From Podospora anserina (taxonomy: Eukaryota): 64,000 nucleotides of DNA. This document shows, piece after piece, positions 50,341-62,092 of the stretch. The first letter of the stretch is position 1. Every line of letters begins with the position of its first letter. The notes beneath the pieces are model-generated. The model was not told the DNA's origin. It saw only the letters and a list, made by a program, of their open reading frames with translations, and ran no database searches. A program made the position numbers and the translations under genes. The DNA is taken from NCBI GenBank assembly GCA_017654855.1, contig CM030332.1, forward strand, positions 496,001 to 560,000, in the 5' to 3' direction.

Positions 50341-51114
50341 TCAGCACGCGCAGGGCCCACCGGCTTGCGTGTTGGCTCCTTCGGGAGCAAGACTGACTCC
50401 GGGCCGCTGACCAGGCCGGGCATGTCTCGGCCCAACCTGATCAAGTGGAAGTTTCTTGGCAATAGCAGTAAACAACTCTTGAACGTTCTCGGCAGTCTTT
50501 GCGGATGTCTCAAAGAAGAGAAGGCCGGCTTCCTTTGCGTAGGCCTCGGCTTCGGCGGTAGGGATGGCGCGCTTGTCTGGTTGCTCCGTCACCAAATCCA
50601 ACTTGTTTCCGGCAAGGGCGATGATGATGTTCTCGTTGGCTTGTCGTTGGAGTTCCTTCACCCACGACTTGGCCTTGTCGAGCGACGCCTACAGCAGTTC
50701 GATTAGTCAGGGATGCTTCCAAAGAAGGGAGGATCCTAAACGTACGGCTTGCGTGATATCATAGACAACAACGGCGCAGTTTGCATTCCGGTAGTACATG
50801 GGCGCGAGGGACTTGTAACGTTCCTGGCCAGCGGTATCCCAAATCTCAAACTTGACAGTCGTGTTCTCGTCGAGCGAAATGGTCTGTGTTAAGAAGGCGG
50901 CACCAATAGTGGATTCCCTGTAGGAGTCAAATTGATCCTATCATCTTTCAGTCAGTTGTGTCCGGAACCTGCAGAATCCGACAGCCCGGCTCACCTTGAC
51001 GAAGCGCAATACTATCGAGCTCTTTCCCACAGCAGATTCACCTAGCAAGACCAACTTGAACTGCGCGAAGCGGTTGCTCATGCCGCGAGCGCCAGGGGGT
51101 CCTCGGGAAGCCAT
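50341..51114 (-). CDS. ypt52: Rab5-family GTPase
   Basis: Exons 51114-50995, 50937-50746 and 50688-50341. Motifs [53 protein letters not shown] and C-terminal CAC. Confidence 0.9.
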
Positions 51115-51979
51115 GGTGAATGTGGTGATATGGTGTACGTTGGCTGTGGTTTGGGTGATGCAAAAGTCAAAGACCAAACCGTCGTTGACCGTTGATGGGA
51201 CCTGCTGACAAGGCGGCGTTCGCTGCCAAGGAAGGTTACGGCGGGCGCTGGCGAAATGACAATGCGCGGCGGGGACTCAAGTTTCGCGGGTCGGTGTTCG
51301 CGGGGTTCTCGATAAACGCTGGAGAGACTTGTCGAGACAAAGGGTGCTCGCCGAGTTGACTGGAGTTGGATGCTGAAATGTGGTTGCCTCGAGTGATACC
51401 ACGGGACCAAGAATTGGGGAAATCAGTCAAGAGCTGGGGCTGGTTGGCAGAGGTCGTTGAGAAGCAATGAGAGCAACCAGCCTGGGTCCTGGCCAATGTC
51501 AGTGCTTTCAGCGCTCAGCGGCGGCGCATGCACACGTCAGGTCGCCCGATAGGCGCAGATGCCACCATGAGGTCTGTGCAGATTTCCACGTGATAGCAGC
51601 GGCAACTTTGGTTACGTCGCCATCCTTGCCAGCCGGTCGCGGCAGATGCCAGTGGGCCATAAATGCCACAGTGCGAATGCGACTCGTGTCACGCAGATTA
51701 GGGAGAGCTTGGGAGAGCTGGCACCAAAAGGGCAGAGCAGCAACGCCTCCTGTTGGTCGCCTCTGGCTGGGATGTCATCACTTTGGATGAGGCTCGAGAT
51801 TTCCATAATTAGATGACATGTTTCAACACCGACTCTGAAGCTGCACAAAATTGACGATCTGCAGCAACCGTTCCCTTCGTTTAGACACCTCGATCGCTAT
51901 CTGCACCTGCATGACGACCAAGAAATAAAAAGATAATAGCTTCGATTCCGTCGTTTGGCGGCGCAACCTCTTGTCCAAC

Positions 51980-54226
51980 ATGACGCTCCCTTTCCGCGAT
52001 ATCAACGTCCAGACGGCGTCTGATGCCTACATCTTCACTTCGCCCTCGAGCCCCAATGCACCAGCTCTCGCTATCGACCGCCCAACTGGCGATATCCGTC
52101 TTCTTGATGCTTCCTTACTTTCCGGGAAGCGCGTCTCGCGCATTACCAGCATTGCCGGTATCCTGGGCGTGATCCAGCTGCGGTTAGGTGAGCTTCTTTA
52201 TGATGGTTGCGGAGGGTTTGGGTGCGAAGAGCTTGTTACTGACTATGGTTGTGAAGACAAGTACATCATCGTCATCACAAAAGCCCAACCCGTCGGTCGT
52301 CTGCGAGGGCATATGGTCTACAAGGTTGTCTCGACAGATATCCTGCCCCTCCGCGAAAGACAAGTCAGCGACCCCGATGAGGACCGCTTCCTCAACCTTC
52401 TCCGCGGCTTCATCAAGCCCGGGCCAATGTACTTCTCGTACTCTGTCGATATTACCAACAGCTTCCAGCGCCAAGCGCAACAGGACGCCGAGAGCCCGCT
52501 CTGGAAGCGTGCTGACGACCGCTTCTTTTGGAACCGCTTCATCCAGTCCGACCTGATCAACTTCCGCAACAGTGGCGGCCGCGGTCAGCCTGCTCCTCAG
52601 CCAAACATCGACCCTTATATCCTCCCGGTCATCTTTGGCATGCTCGAGATCCATCCAACAACGTTCAAGGGCACCCCTTTAACGATTGCGCTCATTTCCC
52701 GTCGCTCCCGCCACCGCGCTGGAACCCGTTATTTTACCCGTGGTCTCGATGACCAAGGCCACGCCGCCAACTACAACGAAACCGAACAGGTTGTCATTCT
52801 CAACGACCACACCACCGGTCTTGGCGGCTCGTCATGGCAGCAACAACAAAAGTCATCCTCTCTCGCCGACGGTGTAGGCAAGGAGATGCAAATCCTCTCC
52901 TACGTCCAAACCCGCGGCAGCGTCCCCGCCTACTGGGCTGAAATCAACACCCTAAAGTACACCCCCAAGATCCAGATCCGCGCCATCGAAGCCGCCTACC
53001 CAGCCGCCAAAGCCCACTTTGACGAACAGATCCGCATCTACGGCGACAACTACCTGGTAAACCTTGTCAACCAAAAGGGCCGCGAAGTCCCCGTCAAGGA
53101 GGCCTACGAGAAGGTAGTAGAGATGCTCGTCTCTCGGCCCAAAGAACACGTCCAGGGCGACCAGCGGACTGACGAGAAGTTCCACACCATCGAGACAGCC
53201 AAGAAATCCCAGTTTGACAGGCTGCACTACATCTACTTTGACTTTCACGCCGAGACCAAGGGGTTGCAGATGCACCGCGCCCAGCTGCTTATCGACCGGA
53301 TGCGCGAGGCGCTCGTGGCCCAGCAGTACTTCCGTGCTAGTGTTGACTCTACCCCCGGTAACAACAACAAGACCGACGGCGGGAGGTTGGACGTCCGGTC
53401 GCTGCAGACGAGTGTAGTGAGGACAAACTGCATGGATTGTCTGGACAGGACGAACGTGGTACAGTCTATGCTTGCTCGGTGGACGCTGGACAGGATGTTT
53501 ATTGATCTTGGCTTGCTGGCTAGGGGGAGCAGGTTCGCGGATGAAGACGCGGCGTTTGAGCTGATGTTCCGAAATATGTGGGCTGATAATGCGGATGTGG
53601 TGTCGAATGCGTATTCCGGTACCGGGGCTATGAAGACTGATCTGACGAGAACGGGCAAGAGGACCAAGGCTGGTGCGCTGCAGGACGGAAACGTGGCTGT
53701 TACGAGATACTGCAAGAACAACTTTTTGGACGGGCCGAGGCAGGATGCGTTTGATTTGTTTTTGGGTGTGTATCAACCCAGCGTGGGGGGGGGTCTGGTG
53801 TTTGTGGACAGGAGGCCGGTGTTGATCCAGGCGGTGCCGTATATTGCGGCGTTTGGGCTTTTTTTTGTGCTGATGGGGATGTACTCGCCGAGACTGCCCG
53901 ACGCGGCCGTGTGGCCGATGAGGTTGTTTATTTTGTTTTGGACGGGGGTGACGGGGTGGGCGCTGTGGTTTATTTTCAATAACGGGATGCTCTACGTAAG
54001 TTTTTTTTCTGTCTCTTTTTGGGACCTGTAACAGTTTGCTGACATACTACAACAGGTAAACTGGCCCAAACTCAACCCCAGACCTTGGGCAACGGAGGGC
54101 TACCACGAGACGATTAGCCGGGTGCGCAAGGACAAGATTCTCGGGCCGCTGGTGGCCAGGCACGAGAGGGGCTTGTCTGTCGCGAGGTACATCAATGCCG
54201 AGGAAGGCAAGAAGAGGATCGAGTAG
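51980..54226 (+). CDS. SAC1: Sac1 phosphoinositide phosphatase
   Basis: Exons 51980-52187, 52257-53995 and 54056-54226. Motifs DDRFFWN, RAGTRYFTRG, YVQTRGSVP, catalytic RTNCMDCLDRTN, two C-terminal TM segments, and KKRIE end. Confidence 0.95.
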
Positions 54227-54679
54227 ACCACACAGCAAGTGTCACTCCTTCATGGCATCGAGGGGGGAACAACACTTGTTTTCTTGGCTTCATTCTTGTA
54301 CGCCCACCCCCTCGAGCTGGTCTTGTTTCTTTTGTCAGCTTTTTTTTGTGAATGGACCGCTTTTGAAGGAATTGTTTTAGTACTGGTTAGACTTGTCTTC
54401 TTGTTTTGTCTTCGCTTCGCACACAACTACTACTTCGATTCGTATAATAGCCTGCTGCGGGAAGAGACAACGAGCAAGGGGTTAATCAAAGGTTATTTAT
54501 TTGGTTGCATTTACCTTGAATACATTCTAAGTCTATCGGGTCATTTGATGGGTTGTATTTTCGAAATTCGCTTGATTTGTATTGCAAGTAGATTTTCAAT
54601 AGCAAGAGTGTCAGAAGCATTGGACTCAACCATCTGCAAATAGAGTAGATGGAACGAGGAGAAAAAATGCAAAAGAATT

Positions 54680-54774
54680 GGGCCGAGCCAGGGCTTGAAC
54701 CTGGGACCACTTGCAAGTTGAAACACTTGGAACGAATTCCCAAAGCAAGTATGCTACCACTACACCACACGGCC
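54680..54774 (-). tRNA. tRNA-Pro(TGG) with intron
   Basis: GGCCGTG...CTCGGCC acceptor stem, TGGTGTAGTGG A-box, CTTGC-TT-TGG-G...GCAAG anticodon arm, CCAGG-TTCAAGC-CCTGG T arm. Confidence 0.9.
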
Positions 54775-55117
54775 TGTGATTTGTTGTTGAATTGAAGTTA
54801 GTGGAAAGAGTTTATCAATGGGTCCCACGTTGGGCTGCGCCACAAGCCACGCCGCTTGACTCAACACTCGACGACAACTTTGGGCGATATCAACATTTCA
54901 CTTCTCTCATCCTTCTTCCACTTCATTCGTTCATTCTTTCAATTCAATTACTCAAATCCACAGTTGCTATTTCTGACTGCTTGCTTCCTCTCTTCAACCG
55001 CATCTTTCCATCCTTGGGTATCGATCCCTCTTTGAACCCCAAGCAAAGAAACGGTGCTATAGAAACCCAAAAAAGAGGCTAGCAAACAACACCCTATCCA
55101 AGAAAAAAAACCATATT

Positions 55118-55166
55118 TCTCTCTCTCTCTCTCTCTTTCACACACACACACACACACGCGCGCGCC
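55118..55166. repeat. Compound microsatellite (CT)n(CA)n(CG)n
   Basis: tctctctctctctctctctttcacacacacacacacacacgcgcgcgc, read directly. Confidence 0.95.
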
Positions 55167-55238
55167 CACCTACTCCCCAATTATCCTATTACCCATTACC
55201 TTGTTCAACCCTCACCTTCAAAAATGATATGATTTACC

Positions 55239-58200
55239 TCACTCCAACCACAACAACCACCTAACCAACCTCCACCCTCCCCTCCCAAGCCCAATCACCA
55301 CCCTCGAAATCATCACCATAAACCAAACCCACCACATAAACCCAACAAGCACCCACTCCACTCCCAACCACCCCGCCCTCCTAAGCCACCTAAACCGCCT
55401 CCTACGGCGCCGCAACATCTTCTCAATGTGGTCCACCACCCTCTTGACCTTCAGCCTCTGGCCCGCAACCATATCATGATTCGCCTCGTCCGCCTCGTCC
55501 GCAGCCCTATGCGCGAGGTCGGTCAGCTCCCCGGCGATCTTCCACCTTGTTGCCTCGACCTTCTTCTCCAAGTGGGGCGCCGTCTCCCTGGCGAACTTGT
55601 CGTGCGTGAATTGAAAGTGCGCGGCTGTGGCCTCCATTGCAGATGACAGAGTCCGTGCGGCGAGGGGATAGAGATCTATTTGAGCAACGGGGCGGGTGAC
55701 CAATCTGTGTCTCGTTTCTGGGTCAGGACATAGGGATATAACGTCCTTCCAGGCAAAGTCCGGTTGGCCATCTGGGGAGTGGCTAGAGATATGGGAGGAG
55801 TGAGGGGACGTCAAAAGCTTGCGCTCTTTGGCACGGCGATCTACCTCCATTGCATGGATTCCAGAGCTGAGAATCAGCGCCTTCAAGCGGGCGATTTCCC
55901 GTTTGGAGATTGCTGGCCGCGTTGGAGTGCTACCGCCACGGTCGGCAATGGACCAGTGGCGGCTGGAAGATACGGTAGAGAATTGTCGGGGTTTGTGAAA
56001 GGGTAGTGGTGCCATGTCGGTACGATCGATCCCCCAGTCGGCGCTCTTCCGGGACTTGACGTCTGATTCAACCTGTTCCTTGCGCCTCTCCAACAAGGGA
56101 GGCGGCGATGCACTTGGTGATGCATCTTGAATATCGATCCTTGGCGGCTTGAGGAGGTCGAACCGCGATGATCGTCGGCTGAGTGGCTGTGCTGGTGGGT
56201 GTGGTAGCAACCCAGTTTGCTGTTCACTGTTCGGTGGCTTGGCGGTGTTTGCTACCGAGACGAACTGTGGTAAAGGCTCAACCTGATGCTTTCCGTTTTG
56301 CGTCGATGGCGTCCGACCATGACCCCGTCGAAAAACCCGAGGACCACGGGACCTACCCCTGGCCTCGGCCTCAGAATCTGACGAAGAGGTGGTAGAGTAC
56401 TGATCATCACCAGCGTCCTTTCGCCAAACCATATCACTGATCTTGGACACGCCGCTTCGCAGGACAGTGTCGATACGAGGGCCACGGAACAGCGACCTGA
56501 AGCCGCCTCCAACATCTTCAGGTTTAAGCTTGACACTGCCGACACTCTTATGTGACCGGTGACTCGAGTCTGTGCCTTTGGTTACTATCCTGCCGATCGG
56601 ACTCCTTGACGGTCTTCTTTCCGGGGATGACACGGCACTCCAATCCGGCTCGGGCGAGACAAAGAGCTTCTCGTTCAGCGGCGCTGGTGTCTCGGGCTCT
56701 TCTGCGCTTGCATAATTGTCCGTAATGCGCTCCTTACTACGCTCACGGAAAATGCTCTTAACCTTGCTCAGCGGGTTTCGTGATGGAGAGCTTGGTCTGC
56801 TGGACAAGGGTGATAAATCCATCCCGATTGCTGGGACTAGACCGACATCTCGATTTGGCCGCAAATCTGGGGAGTTGGGCTGTGACGTATCATAATCCAC
56901 CGAGAATCTTCTACCTCTCGAAGGGACCTCGAGACTAGCACGGCCCGGAACAGGTGGAGAAGGACGGTGGTGTAAGCCTGTGAGCCTGCATTCGCTCTCG
57001 CTCAGGTCGGCGCGCGAATCCGTCCCACGAGACAAAGGCTTAGTCTGGGTCGCATCTGATGCGGCGTTGTTCAAAAGATCTCGCTCAGGGGTCGCCGGGT
57101 TGAGGCTAGCAAACTTCATACGTAGCGCCTCGTGGTCATAAAGGGCTGGTGAAGACTCCGACTCCCTCTGTTCCCTGGCTATCATCTCCTCCATCTGCTT
57201 CTCCAAAACAGATCTTACAGTAGTTGTGGCAGTGCCGGCTCTGGCCCGCCGCCGCCTGTCACTGTCTGTGTCTGATGATTCGGATACAGAGGCTCTTCGG
57301 ATACGCAGAAAATCTCTGTTGTTAACAGAGCTATTCTGGCGGTGATGGGATCCTTTCAGAGCTCGTAGCTTCTGCTGTGCGCGATCCCTAGCTGTACTCA
57401 GGACATGCTCATGCTCATGTTTGGGTGGCGGGGCTTCTGGCTGTGGCTTCTCGCCAGAGTCTGAAGAATCTTTAGTTGAGCCCGGTGTTGTCAACCGTGG
57501 GGCCTCGTCGCGTAATGGCAATGGCCTGGCAGCGTCCGTTCCCTGGGGAAACACTCGCTTCCAATGGCGATCCTCTACCAGCCGTTTATTATCATCAAGC
57601 TCCAGCCAGTAGACATCTGCGATCATGTCTGCAGGATCAATCGCCCAGTCGACTCGCGGTCTCTTTGGTTTAGCAGCAGAGGTCGTTGACCGAGAAACGT
57701 TGGATGGCGGAGAGCTTTGAAATGATGCAGCTTGTGCGCCTGAAAAGGGGGGCAAGGCAGGATTGCCTGGTATTTGAGCTTGACCGGTGGCCACCCATTT
57801 GGCAACCTCGTCAATCCACTCAGATACTCTGGGGACATCGTTAAACCCCTGGCCTTCACCATCAATAGCTTTCCGCTCGCGGGCTCTGACTTTGCGATTG
57901 CGTATGTACTGAAGAGGATTGTACGGGCGTCCAATCCTAGTCTCAGACTCGTTGGTGGAAGTTCTAGACATCTGAATAGAGTCAGTTGATGTGCTAGGGG
58001 GACTGGCTATCAACCCTTTGGTCGTTCGAGGTACCTCCAATGGCGGCAACAGTTCCAGGACTCTTCTGTATTGGGCCATGAGGTCCAAATACTCTTTCGC
58101 CTTCTGCGCGCGTGCCAAAGTAGATTGAGAAAAATGGTAGCGGTAGCCCCCTTCGGGTTCAAATGCTGGCTGTAGAGGGCTGAGCACCCTCCCCGGACCT

Positions 58201-59012
58201 ATCCTCGGTGACCGATCAGGCTTGGGAGAGATAGTTTGTGAAATTCTTCTTTGTTGCTGAAGGTGATGTCTCAAGCTGCCTCCTGTGGTACCATCAGGCA
58301 ACGGTACCAATCTAGGTGGCGCTGGCTGCGTAATGCTTCTCCTAGACGCGAGGCGTCTGGATTCGCTCAGGTTTAGGGCCATATTAACAATCTGTGCCGA
58401 TTCCAGATCCATTTGCGTAATGCTCGTTCGAGGCGACGATCCAACAGCTGTGTCCCCCGCAAGGGAGTCGCGCTCGCGCCTGGTGAGGGTAGAGGATGCC
58501 GATATTGGATCAGAGTGGCCACTCCCCGTTGGCTCATACTCCCCAGTGAGCATAGAAGGCCCTGAGCTGCCCGAGAGAGTTCTCGGGTAGGGTCTGGTCT
58601 GGTCATGCTGAGCATTTCGAAGCCTGTATTGATCGGTCGACTTTCGGTATTGCCTATCGGCTCGCGGGTTGATATGCGCGTCGCGCTCGCGAGTATGGGG
58701 GTTGAATAGAGGGTCGTTGAGAAGAAAAGCACCACTCGGTCGATGTTTATGGCCACGGGACGCATTAAGTGACCGCCGCTTCTCGATCGGGTTTCGGCTG
58801 TCCAGGCGCATCGACGACTTCGCTAGAGGGTCGAGCTCCTCGTGGAGCGGTGCCGGGTTAGAGTCGGGGGTTGATACGTTTATAAAGCTGTTCTGTAAGC
58901 TGGAGGACGGTCCTCGTTCGAACGCACTGGAGTGGCGTGCCGCCCGCTGTGGAGGCAGATGGGAGGGTGGGCTAACATCGTGGGCGGTGGTGTTGGTGGT
59001 GTGGTCAGTCAT
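55239..59012 (-). CDS. MTC4: Mtc4-like protein (maintenance of telomere capping 4 family)
   Basis: 1257-aa ORF containing GRPYNPLQYIRNRKVRARER and a C-terminal RRRRFRWLRR plus hydrophobic TM segment, recalled as Mtc4-family features. Confidence 0.75.
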   Translation of the reverse strand: MTDHTTNTTAHDVSPPSHLPPQRAARHSSAFERGPSSSLQNSFINVSTPDSNPAPLHEELDPLAKSSMRLDSRNPIEKRRSLNASRGHKHRPSGAFLLNDPLFNPHTRERDAHINPRADRQYRKSTDQYRLRNAQHDQTRPYPRTLSGSSGPSMLTGEYEPTGSGHSDPISASSTLTRRERDSLAGDTAVGSSPRTSITQMDLESAQIVNMALNLSESRRLASRRSITQPAPPRLVPLPDGTTGGSLRHHLQQQRRISQTISPKPDRSPRIGPGRVLSPLQPAFEPEGGYRYHFSQSTLARAQKAKEYLDLMAQYRRVLELLPPLEVPRTTKGLIASPPSTSTDSIQMSRTSTNESETRIGRPYNPLQYIRNRKVRARERKAIDGEGQGFNDVPRVSEWIDEVAKWVATGQAQIPGNPALPPFSGAQAASFQSSPPSNVSRSTTSAAKPKRPRVDWAIDPADMIADVYWLELDDNKRLVEDRHWKRVFPQGTDAARPLPLRDEAPRLTTPGSTKDSSDSGEKPQPEAPPPKHEHEHVLSTARDRAQQKLRALKGSHHRQNSSVNNRDFLRIRRASVSESSDTDSDRRRRARAGTATTTVRSVLEKQMEEMIAREQRESESSPALYDHEALRMKFASLNPATPERDLLNNAASDATQTKPLSRGTDSRADLSESECRLTGLHHRPSPPVPGRASLEVPSRGRRFSVDYDTSQPNSPDLRPNRDVGLVPAIGMDLSPLSSRPSSPSRNPLSKVKSIFRERSKERITDNYASAEEPETPAPLNEKLFVSPEPDWSAVSSPERRPSRSPIGRIVTKGTDSSHRSHKSVGSVKLKPEDVGGGFRSLFRGPRIDTVLRSGVSKISDMVWRKDAGDDQYSTTSSSDSEAEARGRSRGPRVFRRGHGRTPSTQNGKHQVEPLPQFVSVANTAKPPNSEQQTGLLPHPPAQPLSRRSSRFDLLKPPRIDIQDASPSASPPPLLERRKEQVESDVKSRKSADWGIDRTDMAPLPFHKPRQFSTVSSSRHWSIADRGGSTPTRPAISKREIARLKALILSSGIHAMEVDRRAKERKLLTSPHSSHISSHSPDGQPDFAWKDVISLCPDPETRHRLVTRPVAQIDLYPLAARTLSSAMEATAAHFQFTHDKFARETAPHLEKKVEATRWKIAGELTDLAHRAADEADEANHDMVAGQRLKVKRVVDHIEKMLRRRRRRFRWLRRAGWLGVEWVLVGFMWWVWFMVMISRVVIGLGRGGWRLVRWLLWLE

Positions 59013-59450
59013 TTCGGAGCTCCCTTCGCCCTGGGGCGAATCTCTCGGGGTTCCAACTCAAAGATATTCGATATGGCGATACATTTTCTACGCCGTGTTG
59101 CAGGTGGTGTCTGGTGCGCTAGGCGATGCTGGCAGAGGAGCTGAGAGCCAGAATTTTCCATGTGAAGCTCCGACGTCAGGAGGGAGGTGGTGGGAATCCT
59201 CTTATTCGCCAGGGTCCAAGTTCAATGTCTGGTTGGTGTTCCCCAGAGAACCAAGCTTGGCTTCATCTTCAGTGAGTTTCAGGGAAACCCCTCGGGTCGG
59301 CAGGCAACTGGCCCACTGTTAGCCGCAAACAAGCATGGGGTTGAAGTCGCTGTCAGCGCTATCCATGCACAATGCATGGGACTTTAAACGGCCCTTGGCT
59401 TGTCACTGGCACATTGTACACAAATAACTGGCACTGCAAAACATTAAACG

Positions 59451-59522
59451 AGGTCTTAAAAGATAGTCAAAAGGTTTTAAAAGATAGTTAGTAGGCCTTT
59501 AAAGATATTTCAAAGGCCTATT
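59451..59522 (+). repeat. 21-bp tandem minisatellite (~3.5 units)
   Basis: AGGTCTTAAAAGATAGTCAAA / AGGTTTTAAAAGATAGTTAGT / AGGCCTTTAAAGATATTTCAA / AGGCCTATT. Confidence 0.8.
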
Positions 59523-59705
59523 AGTTTACTGTCGAGGCATGGTATACAACATCATATGGGCCAACTTACTCTTGCTGTGTCAATTATTTTGTGGGCAGGG
59601 TGCGCTCCACACTTCAACTCCATCTTATATTTGAAAATGCAACGTCTTGTTCCTGCGTATATCATGCGGCTACTAGTAACTTCTCTCCCTCTGATACCTC
59701 CTATG

Positions 59706-60842
59706 TCACCTCCTCAGAATACTTCCCACGTAGTGCTTCTTGCACTTGCGGCACGCTCTGCCTTTACAGGCAGGGCACTGTCGAGTACAACTCATCCACC
59801 CCGTCACCCTTCCACAAAGGAAGCACTCAGCTCGTCCAAACCTCACGGCCCAGCCTGTGAGAGCATGGCGGCAGTAAAACGGTGCCTCTTCTGTTGCCAC
59901 ACTTTGAACTTCACTTTCAGAATATGTTTGAGTGCTTTCGCTCTCTGAGTTCTGAGCACTTTGAACCGGCTCTTGGGTCGGAAATGCCTCCGTCCACAAA
60001 TCGTCCTCTGCCCCCCTGAAGCTTTCCTGGTGTTGGTGAACCATCCTTTCGCTTTCTTCCACCCATCTTTGCCATCGTCTCCGCTCCCATTCTTCTTTTT
60101 GGCGGTTTCCTTCTCGTCTAGCCCGTTCGTATCTTTCGGCTCGCTCAGCTTGCAGAACTGCCTCGAGTTCCTCAATATGCCGAACTGCCCTAAGCCTCCG
60201 CTCCTCCCATTCCATGTCCCGTCGCTCTTGCTTTTGCCCTCTAAGCTTGTCTTTGGCCTCTTGTTCTTCTTGCTCTTTGGCCCTCCTTGAAGCTTCCTCG
60301 GCCTGTCTCTCTGCTTGGAGGCGGATCCATTCAGCCACAAACTCCCGTTGTCTCTTGGCTTCAAATCGATTCCACTCATTTCGAATCTTTTCGAGTCTTT
60401 CCGCTTCTCTTCGTGCTTTTCCCCGTGTGGTGATTTCCCTTTCAGAAGCCTCAATTTCTCGTCTTGCAGCATCCTCTTCTTCGGAAGCCAGCTTCCGGTA
60501 GCGGAGCCACTCCACTCTAATTCGAGGGTATTCTTCGTCGTAACGTGTGCGTTTGTCCTCATCGCGAAGGTAGTCATAAGCTTCTTGAACCTACCTCACT
60601 TGTCAGCGAGTGCCAGAAATTGACAACATGAGGAGGTAACAAACCCTGCGGAACACGGCCGTATCACCGTCGTTGCCTGGCCCCCTCTTGTCAGGGTGAT
60701 GCTGCTTGATCAGCTTGAGCCAAGCGGCCTTGATATCCCTTCTCTCGATATAGGTGTGTTCGTCGTCAAAGGTTGGGAACTCGAGATCAAAGTAGTAATC
60801 TGGCTTTGCTGGCTCAACGTTGGTAGGGTATATGAGGTCCAT
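59706..60842 (-). CDS. DnaJ-domain protein with coiled coil and C-terminal Cys-rich domain
   Basis: Exons 60842-60645 and 60590-59706 join in frame. DYYFDLE...IKAAW.KL..QHHPDK...FRRVQEAYDYLRDEDKRTRYD, and C-terminal CRH...CFLC...CPAC...CRKC. Confidence 0.85.
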
Positions 60843-61666
60843 GATTGCTTGACTGTCTCATTGGCATTGTTGAACGCGAGAGAGAGAGGGTATCGAGGAG
60901 ATCTTGATGAGTAAGGAAGGCCAACGACCCAGTCGTTGCCAAAGGAAGCGTGAGGATTTGAACTGAAAACTTTTCACGAAAAATGAAGCCAGCCAGCTGG
61001 GGGCGTTGATATCGGATGAAGCCATATTATAAATTCATCTTATCGATGAGATATCTATTGTTGATTTCTTTGTCAATAGGAGCACTATCTGGATAACTGA
61101 GTGGGACTTGCACAATACAAAACCTCGAGATGGGACGAACATTGAGCCCATCTGAATGAATGGCACTATTCATTCCATTGTGCCAGCGCACTGAGCATGC
61201 TCTTTAGCCATGATATCTTGAGGCATTGTCCTGTTCAGGTGTGTTATAGGCAGGTAAGACCTTCAATGGAGGTTGATGAGGTTGGTGAGTGATGAATTTG
61301 GTCATGGTGAACTGAGCCTGGTTTGGTGAAATGTCGGTGAAAACTCAACTGTACTGCTTGATAAAAGCTGAGAAGAAAAGATCGGACGGGTGCCATGAAA
61401 CGTGTAAATTTTTTCCCAGTAATTATAGCGCGCGAGCAAGATACCTAGTACATTGAAACAGGAACTGGGAAGGGGCGTTTATTGCCCACACTTCTCGGCG
61501 CCTGATCAAGCCTGCCCAAGCTCACGGTGTTATACGCATACTTCCCCCTCACGCACATTTCTTTCTCTTCATTATCTGTCTCGAATCTTTCAGCAGCTTC
61601 TCAATGCCATTATGCTCCCAAAACACCTTTCATAAATCCGCTTCGACGCTTCGAACTATAATCAAC

Positions 61667-61808
61667 AGGCCTCAAAAGACAACTAACAGGCCTAAAACTA
61701 GTTGATAAGTCTCTAAGAAAACAAAAAGGTTGTTAAATATAGCTTATAAGGCTTTAAAAATAATCAACAAGCCATTATATTTTTAATAAGCCCTTGAAGA
61801 TGGTCAAT
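61667..61808 (+). repeat. Degenerate 19-21-bp tandem minisatellite (7 units), same family as 59451
   Basis: Units start at 61667, 61688, 61707, 61727, 61748, 61769 and 61788, e.g. AGGCCTCAAAAGACAACTAAC and AAGCCCTTGAAGATGGTCAAT. Confidence 0.75.
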
Positions 61809-62092
61809 ATGTATTTATGGTCTTCTTGCAGGTTTTTATTCTGTATCACAGTCTCCATGTTTCTGTCCACAACCTAGGTCTACAAAAAGATTTATTTAGC
61901 GCTGACCACCAATATATCGGCAGGTAAACAGCAAAGTGTTGGCATAAGTCTCCTGCAAACTGTGTAAACACACCGAGCCCAACTATCCGACAAAACCCAG
62001 GATATCTACCTCCTCAAAGCTGAACATCATTCGCTGCCCCAAACGCCTTTCCATGGTTCGAGCTCTTAGGGGGGAAGGAGAAAAAGACGCCA

